This document shows positions 31,726-40,841 of a DNA stretch of 64,000 bases, piece after piece (position 1 is the stretch's first letter; every line of letters begins with the position of its first letter). Origin of the DNA: a virus; IMG/VR virus record IMGVR_UViG_3300032144_000004, positions 1 to 64,000 of that record; one strand, given 5' to 3'. The translations under genes were made by a program, and so were the position numbers. A model generated the notes under the pieces. It saw only the letters and a list, made by a program, of their open reading frames with translations, was not told the origin of the DNA and did no database searches.

Positions 31726-32022
31726 ATGCCCACCAATGTCAACCCATTCACCGAGCTGCGAACCGCGCTCATCAACGCCAACAAACCCGCAGGCATCGCC
31801 ACACGCGTCGCCTATTGCGTGCTCGCCGCCACCTCGCACAAGGTCGCCGAATACATGACCGGCGTACTCGACACGTGTAGCGGCATGGCCTGCACGGCCT
31901 ACACAGACGCGCTAAGAAGCGCTCCATTCTGCGATGAGAGCGGCTGGCACCACACTTACGAACGTCTGCGCCATCACGCACTGAGCTACCTAGAAACCCG
32001 TCACAGGAGCATGGCGGCCTGA
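31726..32022 (+). CDS. Hypothetical protein (98 aa)
   Basis: ORF track. Confidence 0.55.
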   Translation: MPTNVNPFTELRTALINANKPAGIATRVAYCVLAATSHKVAEYMTGVLDTCSGMACTAYTDALRSAPFCDESGWHHTYERLRHHALSYLETRHRSMAA

Positions 32023-32066
32023 CCGTCGCTGGCCCGCAAACGTCTAGAATACGAGAACACATACCC

Positions 32067-32486
32067 ATGACCGACAACACACCCAAGCAAACGCTCACTG
32101 ATTTTATCCGCACGCTCGACGCCAAGCTCACCGCCACGCAGATGGCGGATAGAGCGCGCGAGGCTGGATTCAGGCCCGTGCGCAAAACCAGCAAACCGCT
32201 CGCGGAATGGCTGAGTAACCGCGTTCAGACCATCCGCTCTGCAGAAGGGATTGCCGCGAAGCATCGCAGAGTCTCCAAGACCGAAGCCAAGCCCACCGCC
32301 GAAAAACCAAAAGCCAACGGACACACCACCAAGTCGAAGCCTACGGCGGCGCAAACCGTGGCGTACGCTCAAAGCCCCACGCTCACGATCGAAGCGGCCG
32401 AGACGCAACTCCGGCAAATCGTGGCCAAGATCGGCACGCTACACGCACGCCAGATCATCGACGCGTGGGAGGCGTGGTTAGCATGA
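32067..32486 (+). CDS. Hypothetical protein (139 aa) with Lys/Thr-rich linker
   Basis: ORF track. Confidence 0.6.
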   Translation: MTDNTPKQTLTDFIRTLDAKLTATQMADRAREAGFRPVRKTSKPLAEWLSNRVQTIRSAEGIAAKHRRVSKTEAKPTAEKPKANGHTTKSKPTAAQTVAYAQSPTLTIEAAETQLRQIVAKIGTLHARQIIDAWEAWLA

Positions 32487-32737
32487 AGCGCGCGGATGGG
32501 CCTAGCAAAAGCGATTGCTACGGGTGCAGCGAAGACTTTTACAACACCGCAGGTGAAGGCGCCGAGCTCGCGCCCGGAGGTGAATGCTGGTCGTTCAAGA
32601 CTGCCACCATGAAGAAAGTCCGACTTGTACACATCAACACCATGCCCGACAAAAACGGATCGTTCGATCGTGTGAAGGCAGAACGCAAACCAAGCTGCTA
32701 TCGCAAGCCGCAGTTCGTCCGAGTCGAGGTGAGGTAA
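32483..32737 (+). CDS. Hypothetical protein (84 aa)
   Basis: Trimmed to ATG 32483 (ATGA overlap). Confidence 0.55.
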   Translation: MKRADGPSKSDCYGCSEDFYNTAGEGAELAPGGECWSFKTATMKKVRLVHINTMPDKNGSFDRVKAERKPSCYRKPQFVRVEVR

Positions 32738-32955
32738 TGGCCCGCACACGTTCAGGCGCGAAGTGCCAAACCGAACCCATGAACGCAAACGGCATGACTT
32801 GGTCCGACTGGCACCGAGCCGCGGGCAAGGCATGCAAGATACAAAACCTCAAGTCGAAGCTACGGGCTGCGTGGGAAGCGGGCGAAGACCCCTGCGACTG
32901 GCGCGCTGCAGCCGAGCAACGCGAACACGCTGCGCGATCAATGGTGAAGCCATGA
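32737..32955 (+). CDS. Hypothetical protein (72 aa)
   Basis: Trimmed to ATG 32737 (TAATG overlap). Confidence 0.5.
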   Translation: MARTRSGAKCQTEPMNANGMTWSDWHRAAGKACKIQNLKSKLRAAWEAGEDPCDWRAAAEQREHAARSMVKP

Positions 32956-33257
32956 CCGACGACGACAAACCACCTACCGTGGCACAGGCGCGCGAATGGG
33001 TTGCAACCTTCTACAACGAGAGGCCCGGAGGCTGGCTCGAACGCAGCGCCATGGTGCTCTCTGATGCTGTGGCCGCACACGACGCGCGCGAGCCGCTCGT
33101 GCAGGAGGTCATCCGGCACGCGACCGACTTCGCGGCGCTCAGCATGGTTGCCGTGGACATTCCGTTCTCGGAACACGCCAAGCGCACAGTGGCGCGCATC
33201 GAAGCGCGTTCAGCTTTGCTCGAAGCGGCCCGCAAGCTCGCGGAGTGGAAGCCGTGA
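32952..33257 (+). CDS. Hypothetical protein (101 aa)
   Basis: Trimmed to ATG 32952 (ATGA overlap). Confidence 0.55.
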   Translation: MTDDDKPPTVAQAREWVATFYNERPGGWLERSAMVLSDAVAAHDAREPLVQEVIRHATDFAALSMVAVDIPFSEHAKRTVARIEARSALLEAARKLAEWKP

Positions 33258-33451
33258 GCTACAGCAGGACCGGACGCGGCGCGCTTGTGCTCGTTGGCAA
33301 ACTCGAAGACTTCGCGCTGCAACACCGCTTCGAAACCAAGGCAGGGCTCGTGCTTATGAGCTTTTTGCAAGGCGACTGCGAGCATCTCGGAAGCCCGTGC
33401 GAACTGTGCGGGTTCGAAGCTCGCGACATCGACGACGAGGCGAATCCATGA
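33254..33451 (+). CDS. Hypothetical protein (65 aa), GTG start
   Basis: GTGA overlap at 33254. Confidence 0.45.
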   Translation: MSYSRTGRGALVLVGKLEDFALQHRFETKAGLVLMSFLQGDCEHLGSPCELCGFEARDIDDEANP

Positions 33452-33648
33452 TCACGCTCCCGTGTGACCACTGCGGCAAACCTTCGCCGTGGAGCGTGCT
33501 GTGCCCAGACTGCGAACAGCTCTGCTGTCCAAACGCGTGCACGGGCCGCGTCAACGAGTGCACGTGTGACGAGACTACGGAAGTCATTCCGAACGTAGAG
33601 ACCCTTATGCGTGAGCAGTACGCAACCTCGTTACTCAAAGACCCATGA
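33448..33648 (+). CDS. Cys-rich zinc-ribbon protein (66 aa)
   Basis: Trimmed to ATG 33448 (ATGA overlap). CDHCG ... CPDCEQLCCPNAC. Confidence 0.5.
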   Translation: MITLPCDHCGKPSPWSVLCPDCEQLCCPNACTGRVNECTCDETTEVIPNVETLMREQYATSLLKDP

Positions 33649-34067
33649 CCGAGCAGCAGCGAATCACCGAAGATCCTGGCAAGTCACGAGCCGCGTTTAT
33701 CCGCGCGCTCGTGGCTGCTGGTATCCGCAAACCCAAGACCATCATCCAGCATTGCGTAGATGCTGGTCTTGGGGCTCCCACTAACCAAGCTGTCATCAGC
33801 GCGCGCAACTACGTGCCAAAAGGCGGCCCGGTCAACGCGCGACCCACCTATCGGTTTCTCTGCGAGGAGTTTCTCGCCTCTTACCGTCGCGCCGTCGACG
33901 CGGGGTTACCGATCGTCATTACGACCGACATGAAACAACACATCATCGTGATGGAGCACTGCACCGCCACGGATACGGCCGTTGAAACGCGCAAGATCTA
34001 CCGCCAGCGCCAGCGACGCAAGAAACAGCGCGAGCGCAAGGTCAAGGCGCAGTCCAAGCCAACATGA
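33645..34067 (+). CDS. Hypothetical protein (140 aa) with basic tail
   Basis: ORF track. Confidence 0.6.
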   Translation: MTEQQRITEDPGKSRAAFIRALVAAGIRKPKTIIQHCVDAGLGAPTNQAVISARNYVPKGGPVNARPTYRFLCEEFLASYRRAVDAGLPIVITTDMKQHIIVMEHCTATDTAVETRKIYRQRQRRKKQRERKVKAQSKPT

Positions 34068-34158
34068 TCAAAGCCATCAAGATCACACTCGCTATGCTGT
34101 TTGTCGTTCTCACCAAACCGCTATGGAGCGATAGCAAACCTCAACGGAGACCTAAACG

Positions 34159-34344
34159 ATGACCCACCTATGGACGGTTCTGTTTGCCCTCTTCTTTTTG
34201 TTCTGCTGCGGCAGCTGCACTGCTACACCGCCGGCCGAGGGCTACGGCAGTTGCTACGAAGTGCAGCCGCTCTGCATGTACCCCACGCATCCCTACTGCG
34301 CGTGCAACGCGCGCAACTATTGCCAGTGGATCTGCACGCAATGA
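34159..34344 (+). CDS. Small Cys-rich secreted or lipoprotein candidate (61 aa)
   Basis: Signal-like MTHLWTVLFALFFLFCCGSC followed by 8 further Cys. Confidence 0.5.
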   Translation: MTHLWTVLFALFFLFCCGSCTATPPAEGYGSCYEVQPLCMYPTHPYCACNARNYCQWICTQ

Positions 34345-34613
34345 ACCGACGCAACCAACCAGGAGACACGGACATGGAATTTCAAGCGCGATGCAAAGCA
34401 TTCTCGTGTGAGCCGATGCAGACCTACTTTGTGCGGATCAATGACAATGGGACCGTGCTCGTCTATGACGACATCGCCAAGCACTACACGCGGTGCCACA
34501 TTTTGAGCCCACGAACGCAGGCGCGGCTTCGCAAACTGCACGAGGCCAAGCGCGAGCGTGCGCGCATGTCCTACTCTGCCGATCGATACAACAGGCAGAG
34601 CTTCCCGGAATGA
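34341..34613 (+). CDS. Hypothetical protein (90 aa)
   Basis: Trimmed to ATG 34341 (ATGA overlap). Confidence 0.55.
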   Translation: MNRRNQPGDTDMEFQARCKAFSCEPMQTYFVRINDNGTVLVYDDIAKHYTRCHILSPRTQARLRKLHEAKRERARMSYSADRYNRQSFPE

Positions 34614-34657
34614 CCGCCCGCAAACGAGGAGCTTGCGCGCTTGGAAAGGTTTGAGAA

Positions 34658-34873
34658 ATGAACCGCGGCTACAGCTGGACGTCGCAGCTCATCTGGAACT
34701 TCGATCGCATCGTCAAACGCGCATGCGTGAACGGTGAGCCCGTCCAAGGGCCACGCATCGGCCACGAGTGCATCGCTTGTGGCCGAGTCTTCAAACGCAA
34801 ACACGTTCGCTGGGTCGGCGACGGCTGGCTGTGCCGCGACCGCTGCGAACGCAACCACAGGGGGCTACCGTGA
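34658..34873 (+). CDS. Zinc-ribbon protein (71 aa)
   Basis: CIACG ... CRDRC. Confidence 0.5.
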   Translation: MNRGYSWTSQLIWNFDRIVKRACVNGEPVQGPRIGHECIACGRVFKRKHVRWVGDGWLCRDRCERNHRGLP

Positions 34874-35178
34874 GCAAAGACGATGCCGACTGGTTTCGTA
34901 TTGCCGTCCACAACCTAAGCCGACCATGCGAGGTCGACTACAAATGCGGCCCCGATCGCAAATGCCGCATCCACGAAGACTCGAAAGTCGCGCAGCTCCA
35001 AAAAGAGAACAAGCGCCTACGCGCCGAGATCGAGTGGCGCAAGATGCGAGAAGGGCTCGTCGACGCGCTACTTGTTACTTACCGCTGCATGTGCGAGCCC
35101 GACGAAAGTGCACAAGAAAAGATCGTCGAAGCCGCGGGCGCGCTCTTCGACTTCGATACCACTTACCCAAAACCCTAA
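34870..35178 (+). CDS. Hypothetical protein (102 aa), GTG start
   Basis: GTGA overlap at 34870. Confidence 0.5.
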   Translation: MSKDDADWFRIAVHNLSRPCEVDYKCGPDRKCRIHEDSKVAQLQKENKRLRAEIEWRKMREGLVDALLVTYRCMCEPDESAQEKIVEAAGALFDFDTTYPKP

Positions 35179-35187
35179 GGACACACC

Positions 35188-35676
35188 ATGCCACGCAAAC
35201 ACCGAACATCACCGGCTGTCACCATCGCCATCATCGGGCTCGGCCTGGCCGGACTCATCACGTTCTGCTTCATGCAGGGCTGCAACACACTCGACTCGCC
35301 TTACGAAGACGCGGCACGAGCCAGCGCTGCCGGCGCACAAGCTCCAGTTGTGGACGCCGCAGCCGTGGGCCAAGCTCTGTTTGCATCGTGCTACGACATC
35401 TACCTGGAAAGCGAAGCGCGCGACTACTTCGAAACTCAAGTTGGCGATCCGTTCGAGCCCGGCGAGATGCACTGCGGAGACGACCCGCTCTGGTTCTGGG
35501 ACCAGACGTGGAACTGCGAGGTTTTTGGAGTCGACTACACCGTAGTGCGGTACTCGCAAGAGAGCGAGTTGCCGTTTGAAACACGGCGCACTGTCATCCC
35601 TTCAAGGGGAACCCCGTGGTCGTTTCAATGTAAGTACGACAGCGGGTGCCTCAACATCAGGTGCAAGAGGATCTAA
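35188..35676 (+). CDS. Putative lipoprotein (162 aa)
   Basis: Signal plus lipobox-like AIIGLGLAGLITFCFMQGC. Confidence 0.6.
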   Translation: MPRKHRTSPAVTIAIIGLGLAGLITFCFMQGCNTLDSPYEDAARASAAGAQAPVVDAAAVGQALFASCYDIYLESEARDYFETQVGDPFEPGEMHCGDDPLWFWDQTWNCEVFGVDYTVVRYSQESELPFETRRTVIPSRGTPWSFQCKYDSGCLNIRCKRI

Positions 35677-35677
35677 C

Positions 35678-35917
35678 GTGGAAACGCTCGTCAAACCCAA
35701 CCCCCGAGCTCTCAAAACCTACACATGGACGTGCAAAAACACGAAGTGCAACGCGCGCATGCGGGCTCGCGAAGATGAGGGCAAGTTTGAAACTTCCCCT
35801 CGCAACGAGTCGTACATGCTTTTCATCTGTCCGCACTGCCAGACCCAAGCGTATGTCGACTCGCAGGCTTACGATCGTCCTGCGTCCAGCTCAGATCCGC
35901 GAGAAATCATCAGATGA
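35678..35917 (+). CDS. Zinc-ribbon protein (79 aa), GTG start
   Basis: CKNTKC ... CPHC. Confidence 0.45.
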   Translation: METLVKPNPRALKTYTWTCKNTKCNARMRAREDEGKFETSPRNESYMLFICPHCQTQAYVDSQAYDRPASSSDPREIIR

Positions 35918-36492
35918 CCATCGACCCCAAAACGCAACAGAGACTCAGCGCGTTCACGCGCTGGTGGGCCGGCCAGCGAGCTCGGCTCGGCGCGGCGCTC
36001 GACAGCCACACCACTGAGCTCAAAGCCACCGCACCCACCAAACCCGCAACCACAGCGCGACACAAACGCGCGCTCAAAGAGGAAGAGGTTATTCGCGTCC
36101 CGGCAGGCGACGCGGAGGCTGAAGAAGCCATGATCGTCGGCGAGGTCCTGCAGGACGCGTGGCGACAAGGCGAGGCCTGCATCTCGCTCAGCACGCTGCG
36201 CGGTCGCAAAATCTCACCCGAAGACGACGACCGCTTCAAGCGCGCTCGGTACGTGAAGCCGGGCCCGGATCCGTACGCCCCCGTGGTCACCGTCCACGAG
36301 GACGATGTCTACAAGCCCGAGCGCACGCTCTACATGGTCGTGTACAAGGTCGATGGCTTCGAGGGCGAGCACTCCGCTGGCCCGTACCTCACCGAAGAGA
36401 TCGCCGGCGAGCACGCGGCAGACATTCGCGCGTTCGAGGGCGTAACAACCTGCTACGTGGTGCCACTCACGGCAGAGGAGCCTTCAACATGA
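35914..36492 (+). CDS. Hypothetical protein (192 aa)
   Basis: ORF track. ATGA junction. Confidence 0.65.
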   Translation: MTIDPKTQQRLSAFTRWWAGQRARLGAALDSHTTELKATAPTKPATTARHKRALKEEEVIRVPAGDAEAEEAMIVGEVLQDAWRQGEACISLSTLRGRKISPEDDDRFKRARYVKPGPDPYAPVVTVHEDDVYKPERTLYMVVYKVDGFEGEHSAGPYLTEEIAGEHAADIRAFEGVTTCYVVPLTAEEPST

Positions 36493-36523
36493 ACGAGCTA
36501 TCGGCGGAAGGGGACGACGGCTG

Positions 36524-36727
36524 ATGGACTCGTTGCCACGCAAAGGCACACGGTTGATCCTGCGCAACGGCGACCGCGCCATCTTTCGCGGCCGTGTTCA
36601 CGACACCTGCGTGTGGATCGAGTATCCGCCCACTCGCGGAATGCTGATGAAGGACGCGTCCATCCTGGATGACGCGGTCGAAGACGCTAGCGAACTTCGC
36701 CGACCTCGAAGTGCATACTATCGATGA
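36524..36727 (+). CDS. Hypothetical protein (67 aa), last gene of the plus-strand early block
   Basis: ORF track. Its 3' end overlaps the convergent HNH gene by 41 nt. Confidence 0.5.
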   Translation: MDSLPRKGTRLILRNGDRAIFRGRVHDTCVWIEYPPTRGMLMKDASILDDAVEDASELRRPRSAYYR

Positions 36728-37112
36728 GCTTGCCGCCGAAGTCGATCCCGCAAACGATGCCCGCCATCCAGCTCGCGCCGCTCGGGTCGGTCACCAACAC
36801 GCGCACATCGCGCGCCTTGTCGATGATCGGCCAGTCTCGCGAGTTGTCTTTCTGTGTGCCGACGAGCAAGTGCCGCGGGTTCACGCAGGGCGGGTTGTCG
36901 CAACGATGGCGTATAAGCAATCCCGGTCCAATGGGTCCGCACTCCAGCGTGTACGACACGCGGTGAGCCCGCTTTTTGCCGAGCATTCCATAACCATCGC
37001 GGTCGCAGCCCCCGAGCCATGGCCAGCAATCATCTGGGCCTTTCTTATCGACGCGCGACCAAAACCGTGCAATTGCCTTTGCATCCATAGAACCAATCCT
37101 TCTGTGGGTCAC
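36687..37112 (-). CDS. HNH homing-type endonuclease fused in frame to a diverged copy of the endolysin C-terminus
   Basis: N-terminal FWSRVDKKGPDDCWPWLGG...GYG...AHRVSY...IRHRCDNPPCVNPRHLLVGTQKDN is a classic phage HNH. The C-terminal 45 aa (PIIDKARDVRVLVTDPSGASWMAGIVCGIDFGGKLIDSMHFEVG) parallel the end of ORF 37146..37730. Confidence 0.75.
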   Translation of the reverse strand: MTHRRIGSMDAKAIARFWSRVDKKGPDDCWPWLGGCDRDGYGMLGKKRAHRVSYTLECGPIGPGLLIRHRCDNPPCVNPRHLLVGTQKDNSRDWPIIDKARDVRVLVTDPSGASWMAGIVCGIDFGGKLIDSMHFEVGEVR

Positions 37113-37145
37113 GACCTCGGGCGTTAGCGCGCCGCGGGGTCTCTC

Positions 37146-37730
37146 TTACCAAGAGCCAATTTCAAAGTGCATGGGGTCTATCAGTTTTCCACCCCAGTCA
37201 ACGCCGCAGACTATTCCGGCCTGCCAGACGTTTCCAGCAGGATCCGTAACGTCAACCCGAACGCTCCTGGCTTTATCTATAATGGGCAACAGGCATCCGG
37301 GCTCACCACGCGGCACGCCCGGCTGGCCCTGCTTATTGAGCGGATAGCTGTGGTTGAAATCGAGCGCAATACCGCGGCTGTGCCGGCTCAGGTAGGGCGC
37401 CCAGTCGCGCGTGGGGTTGTCGGTCTTGGGAAGGTTGGCCGAGCTCCTCATGAGCCGTGGAACGAAGCTGCCGCCAAATTCCTTGAGCGCTTCGCAGCAC
37501 TCCTTGTCCCAGCTGCGAAACCACGCTTCAAAGATCGGCGCCGCGCGCTTGTGCACGCGAATGCCCGTGGTGATGCCGGTCGGGATCGGCAGCTTGATGC
37601 GCACGAGGTTTTCCGCTTGCCACTTGAGCGGAATTTTAACTTGGCGCTCAGGCGAGATCGAAAAATCGAGATCGAAGTTGTCCCAGATCCTGCGCTTGGT
37701 GAGCTGCTTGGTCGTTAGCTGTTGAACCAT
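37146..37730 (-). CDS. Peptidase M15 (LAS-type zinc peptidase) endolysin
   Basis: Trimmed to ATG 37730. SRHSRGIALDF (SxHxxGxAxD) plus DPMHFE. Confidence 0.75.
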   Translation of the reverse strand: MVQQLTTKQLTKRRIWDNFDLDFSISPERQVKIPLKWQAENLVRIKLPIPTGITTGIRVHKRAAPIFEAWFRSWDKECCEALKEFGGSFVPRLMRSSANLPKTDNPTRDWAPYLSRHSRGIALDFNHSYPLNKQGQPGVPRGEPGCLLPIIDKARSVRVDVTDPAGNVWQAGIVCGVDWGGKLIDPMHFEIGSW

Positions 37731-37999
37731 GGACACCTCCCGTCGCGGTTGGCCTCGGTGAGCTCGGCGAGACAAAGCGCGCACACGGGCACGGCAAGCT
37801 TGCGCCGCTCGCGCTCTCCGGGACGCCACTGCGCCAGCGTGTTCCACGCATGCCGCATGCTGCGTGGAGCGGGGTCCGTGTCGCGCTCCACAAACTCGCG
37901 CGCCGCACGCTGCTGAGCCGCTGCTTCCCGGCTCTGCAGCCAAGTGCGTACCGCTGCACCAAGCTTCCACAGAGCCGGGACCGCACGCAGAGAGCGCAT
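37715..37999 (-). CDS. Hypothetical protein (94 aa)
   Basis: ORF 37715..38269 trimmed to ATG 37999. The upstream part overlaps the neighbouring gene and is Arg-rich. Confidence 0.45.
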   Translation of the reverse strand: MRSLRAVPALWKLGAAVRTWLQSREAAAQQRAAREFVERDTDPAPRSMRHAWNTLAQWRPGERERRKLAVPVCALCLAELTEANRDGRCPWFNS

Positions 38000-38034
38000 C
38001 AACAACCTACGCACGAGGTGAAATGTATCACAGC

Positions 38035-38316
38035 TTACGTTTTCACGCGAGCCCTTCGGTCTTTCTCCCAGCGCTCGACGGCCTCGCTGTGGTCGCCGCA
38101 ATACCTGCAAACACCTTCGCTTACATCGCTCTCCGACAGTGGAGCGCCGCAGTCTTCGGATGGGCACTCCATGATGCCAAAGCTGTCGAGCGTTTGCGTG
38201 TCCGCGCAGTTGGCGCAGAGCTCGCCGCGGTCGTTGGCGGTCACCGCTTTGGCCCCGCACAGATGACACGGGCCAGGTTCCCAGTCGTCCAGGCTACTCA
38301 GCTTGCCCAAGCGCAC
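38035..38316 (-). CDS. Multi-zinc-ribbon protein (93 aa), GTG start
   Basis: Trimmed. CHLCG ... CANC ... CPSEDC ... CRYCG. Confidence 0.5.
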   Translation of the reverse strand: MRLGKLSSLDDWEPGPCHLCGAKAVTANDRGELCANCADTQTLDSFGIMECPSEDCGAPLSESDVSEGVCRYCGDHSEAVERWEKDRRARVKT

Positions 38317-38737
38317 GCTCCATGGGTCTGTAGGTTTGGCTGCGCCACACTTCGCCCCCTGGGCGCGTGTATGTGACCACGTGTCCGGTGGCGACGGCGA
38401 GACCGCGCGCCAGCAATCGCTTAATCGCCCGCGTCTGGCTGCCGCTGTGCGGGATGTACCCTTCCCAACCCTCGTGCTTCGCGCCGGCGCACATCTCATC
38501 GTAGACGCCGCGATCGTGTTCTGTGAGCGCTTCGAGTGGATCGAGCGCGGGCTCTTCGATGGCTGCTACGCGCAGCGCCGCGGCAGCCGGCGCACAGTGT
38601 CGACACGTGGCCGCGGTGATGGGCGCAGTCTCCGGCTGTAGCTGCAGCCCTGCAGCGTCGACGTGGCACAACGTGCGCCCGCCACGAGCTATGTGCAGCG
38701 CGCGCCCATCGCGCCTTCGACTGCGCGTCCTCTTCAT
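38294..38737 (-). CDS. Hypothetical protein (147 aa)
   Basis: ORF track. Confidence 0.55.
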   Translation of the reverse strand: MKRTRSRRRDGRALHIARGGRTLCHVDAAGLQLQPETAPITAATCRHCAPAAAALRVAAIEEPALDPLEALTEHDRGVYDEMCAGAKHEGWEGYIPHSGSQTRAIKRLLARGLAVATGHVVTYTRPGGEVWRSQTYRPMERALGQAE

Positions 38738-40110
38738 ACGTAAGCCTGGATGATGCGGTCGGCTTCGCGCTTACCCGACGTGTACGCGCCGGGCACCGTT
38801 GAGAACCCAGTGTCGAGTGTGGCCTCGCCGGCGAACAGCACCTTGGTGCCCGCAACAGGCGCGCGCAGCGCTGCGCGATCGCCGAGGTGCGTCTCGAGCT
38901 GGAACGTGGAATACGAGCCGCGCGCGTACGGGTCTTGCCCCCATCGGGTAACTTTTACACTAAGGGGGTCAGCGGCATTCGGCGCGATCGTTGCGCGAAT
39001 TTGCGCCATCGCCTCGATCTTGGTCTGCTCGTCGCTCCAGCTCTCCGCGTTCTCCGCGGCGATGCCCGATAGCCACGCCTGCAGAACCGGCTTGCCGGTC
39101 ACTGGCTGCAAGTTGATCCAGATCGAGAAGTTCCCGCGCATCGCGCTCTGCATGCCGAGCACTTGCGGCGCATCGGGCCCAGAGGGCCAGAACTGATCAG
39201 CGGGCGCCCACTCCATGATGACCTTGTTCAACAGTCCGCTGCCAAGGCGCGAGATGGCAGTCTGCTTTGCGCTTGGGAGACCGGGCGTAAACGTGATCGA
39301 GCCTGCTTTGAGCACACCGATCGGCACCGTCACGATCACGTGTTCCGCAAGGTACGAACCGACATCGGATGTCACGATTACCGGATTGTTCGCTGGATAA
39401 GCGATGCCGTGGACACGCGCGTTCAGCCGGATGTCGAGCCCGAGCGCTAGCTGCTCAGCGACCTGACTGTAGCCGTTCGGGAAATACGTGTTGTCGGCCG
39501 CCGACGAGCTTGTGAACGCCGCCCACTGTTGCGCGTCGTTGAAACCGGGAATGAGCTCGAGCACGGCGCGCGCGGGGATCTTGGTCGCGGTGCGCGCAAA
39601 CTCGGTATCGAACCCCGCGATCGAAAAGTTGTCGACGAGCTCGCGCGAGAAACCGGCGAAGTCGCCGTTGTTCCACGCGACATCGATCACCGTCTTGAGT
39701 GACCAGGTCGGCGCCCACCACGCCGCCCACAGGCACGCGTCGGCGATCTTGAACGTCAGCGCGTCGAACTGCGACTGCGTGAGCGTGGTCGAAGCGCCCG
39801 CTTTGTGAAATTTGTATTTCGTCCAGTCGCTATTGGCTGTCGCGAGGTTCATGGCCGCGACAACCGCCTCGAACTCGGTTTGGTTGCCGTGAATCCACGC
39901 GGCGCCAAGGTCTACGGTTGTGCCTACGGAATTCACCTCGCTGTGTACGCGTCCGCCTACGCGATTGCGCGCTTCGAGCACGGTCACGGTAAATCCCGCA
40001 GCCTTCAGCTGCTGCGCGGCGGCAAGCCCCGCAACGCCTGCGCCCACCACAATCACTCTCGGTGCCGGTGTCGGCAGTGTCATCTTTGTTGTATGCCTTT
40101 TCAGAGTCAT
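38734..40110 (-). CDS. Flavin-containing amine oxidase family protein (FAD-dependent; polyamine, monoamine or amino-acid oxidase type)
   Basis: Trimmed to ATG 40110. Dinucleotide fold RVIVVGAGVAGLAAAQQLKAAGFTVTVLEARNRVGGRV and C-terminal VLFAGEAT...GAYTSGKREA. Confidence 0.8.
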   Translation of the reverse strand: MTLKRHTTKMTLPTPAPRVIVVGAGVAGLAAAQQLKAAGFTVTVLEARNRVGGRVHSEVNSVGTTVDLGAAWIHGNQTEFEAVVAAMNLATANSDWTKYKFHKAGASTTLTQSQFDALTFKIADACLWAAWWAPTWSLKTVIDVAWNNGDFAGFSRELVDNFSIAGFDTEFARTATKIPARAVLELIPGFNDAQQWAAFTSSSAADNTYFPNGYSQVAEQLALGLDIRLNARVHGIAYPANNPVIVTSDVGSYLAEHVIVTVPIGVLKAGSITFTPGLPSAKQTAISRLGSGLLNKVIMEWAPADQFWPSGPDAPQVLGMQSAMRGNFSIWINLQPVTGKPVLQAWLSGIAAENAESWSDEQTKIEAMAQIRATIAPNAADPLSVKVTRWGQDPYARGSYSTFQLETHLGDRAALRAPVAGTKVLFAGEATLDTGFSTVPGAYTSGKREADRIIQAYV

Positions 40111-40112
40111 TT

Positions 40113-40841
40113 TCACACTGCGATTCGTAGAGCTTCGAGCGCCTCTGGCTTGAAGCGGTAGACGAAACCAACGCCGTGACCATCCAACCTGAGTTGACTG
40201 TACACGCACTGAATGACGCCCGGACCGACTTCGTAATCCGCGTCCGCGTCTTGCCCTTTCCAGATGGGTTTGCCGTTTTTATCGTGCTTCAAACCCGCAT
40301 ACACATCGTAAAGACCGTCGCGCATCTCGTGGCCCCACTCCAAAAGCGAATCGACATCGAACAGTTTCACGGTGTTCGCAGGCACAATGCGCGCGATGCC
40401 AAGATGCTCGATGTGGGCTTCGAGCTCGGGAAGCCACGGCGTTTTACCTTCCACATACCCGAAGTCGTGACCCATCTTCCGTAGGCCAAGCGTAGCGAGA
40501 GTGCGCGCGCCCTGACGAAGATCGCGCTTCCACGCTCGCAACGTCTTTTCGTCCTTGGGCCACAGGTCGAGCCGCGGCACAAACCACGGCGCCGTGATGA
40601 CGTAGTCCGAGCCGATCCAACCCGCTGCAACCGCGCTCGCGGGGAAGCGCCCCGTCGCATACTGCGGGCACGGGATCACTTGCCCATGGCGCGACAAGTC
40701 AACCGTTCGCGACTTGCCGGCTCTCCTCTCGACCGAACGCCGACTCACAGCATGCTTCGCCGCTGCTCGGCGCTTGTCCGCCGGCGTCTGCGCCACGGTT
40801 TTGAGCAACTGCGCCAAGTTCATACGCTGATAGTTCGGCAT
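40113..40841 (-). CDS. Hypothetical protein (242 aa)
   Basis: ORF track. Confidence 0.65.
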   Translation of the reverse strand: MPNYQRMNLAQLLKTVAQTPADKRRAAAKHAVSRRSVERRAGKSRTVDLSRHGQVIPCPQYATGRFPASAVAAGWIGSDYVITAPWFVPRLDLWPKDEKTLRAWKRDLRQGARTLATLGLRKMGHDFGYVEGKTPWLPELEAHIEHLGIARIVPANTVKLFDVDSLLEWGHEMRDGLYDVYAGLKHDKNGKPIWKGQDADADYEVGPGVIQCVYSQLRLDGHGVGFVYRFKPEALEALRIAV

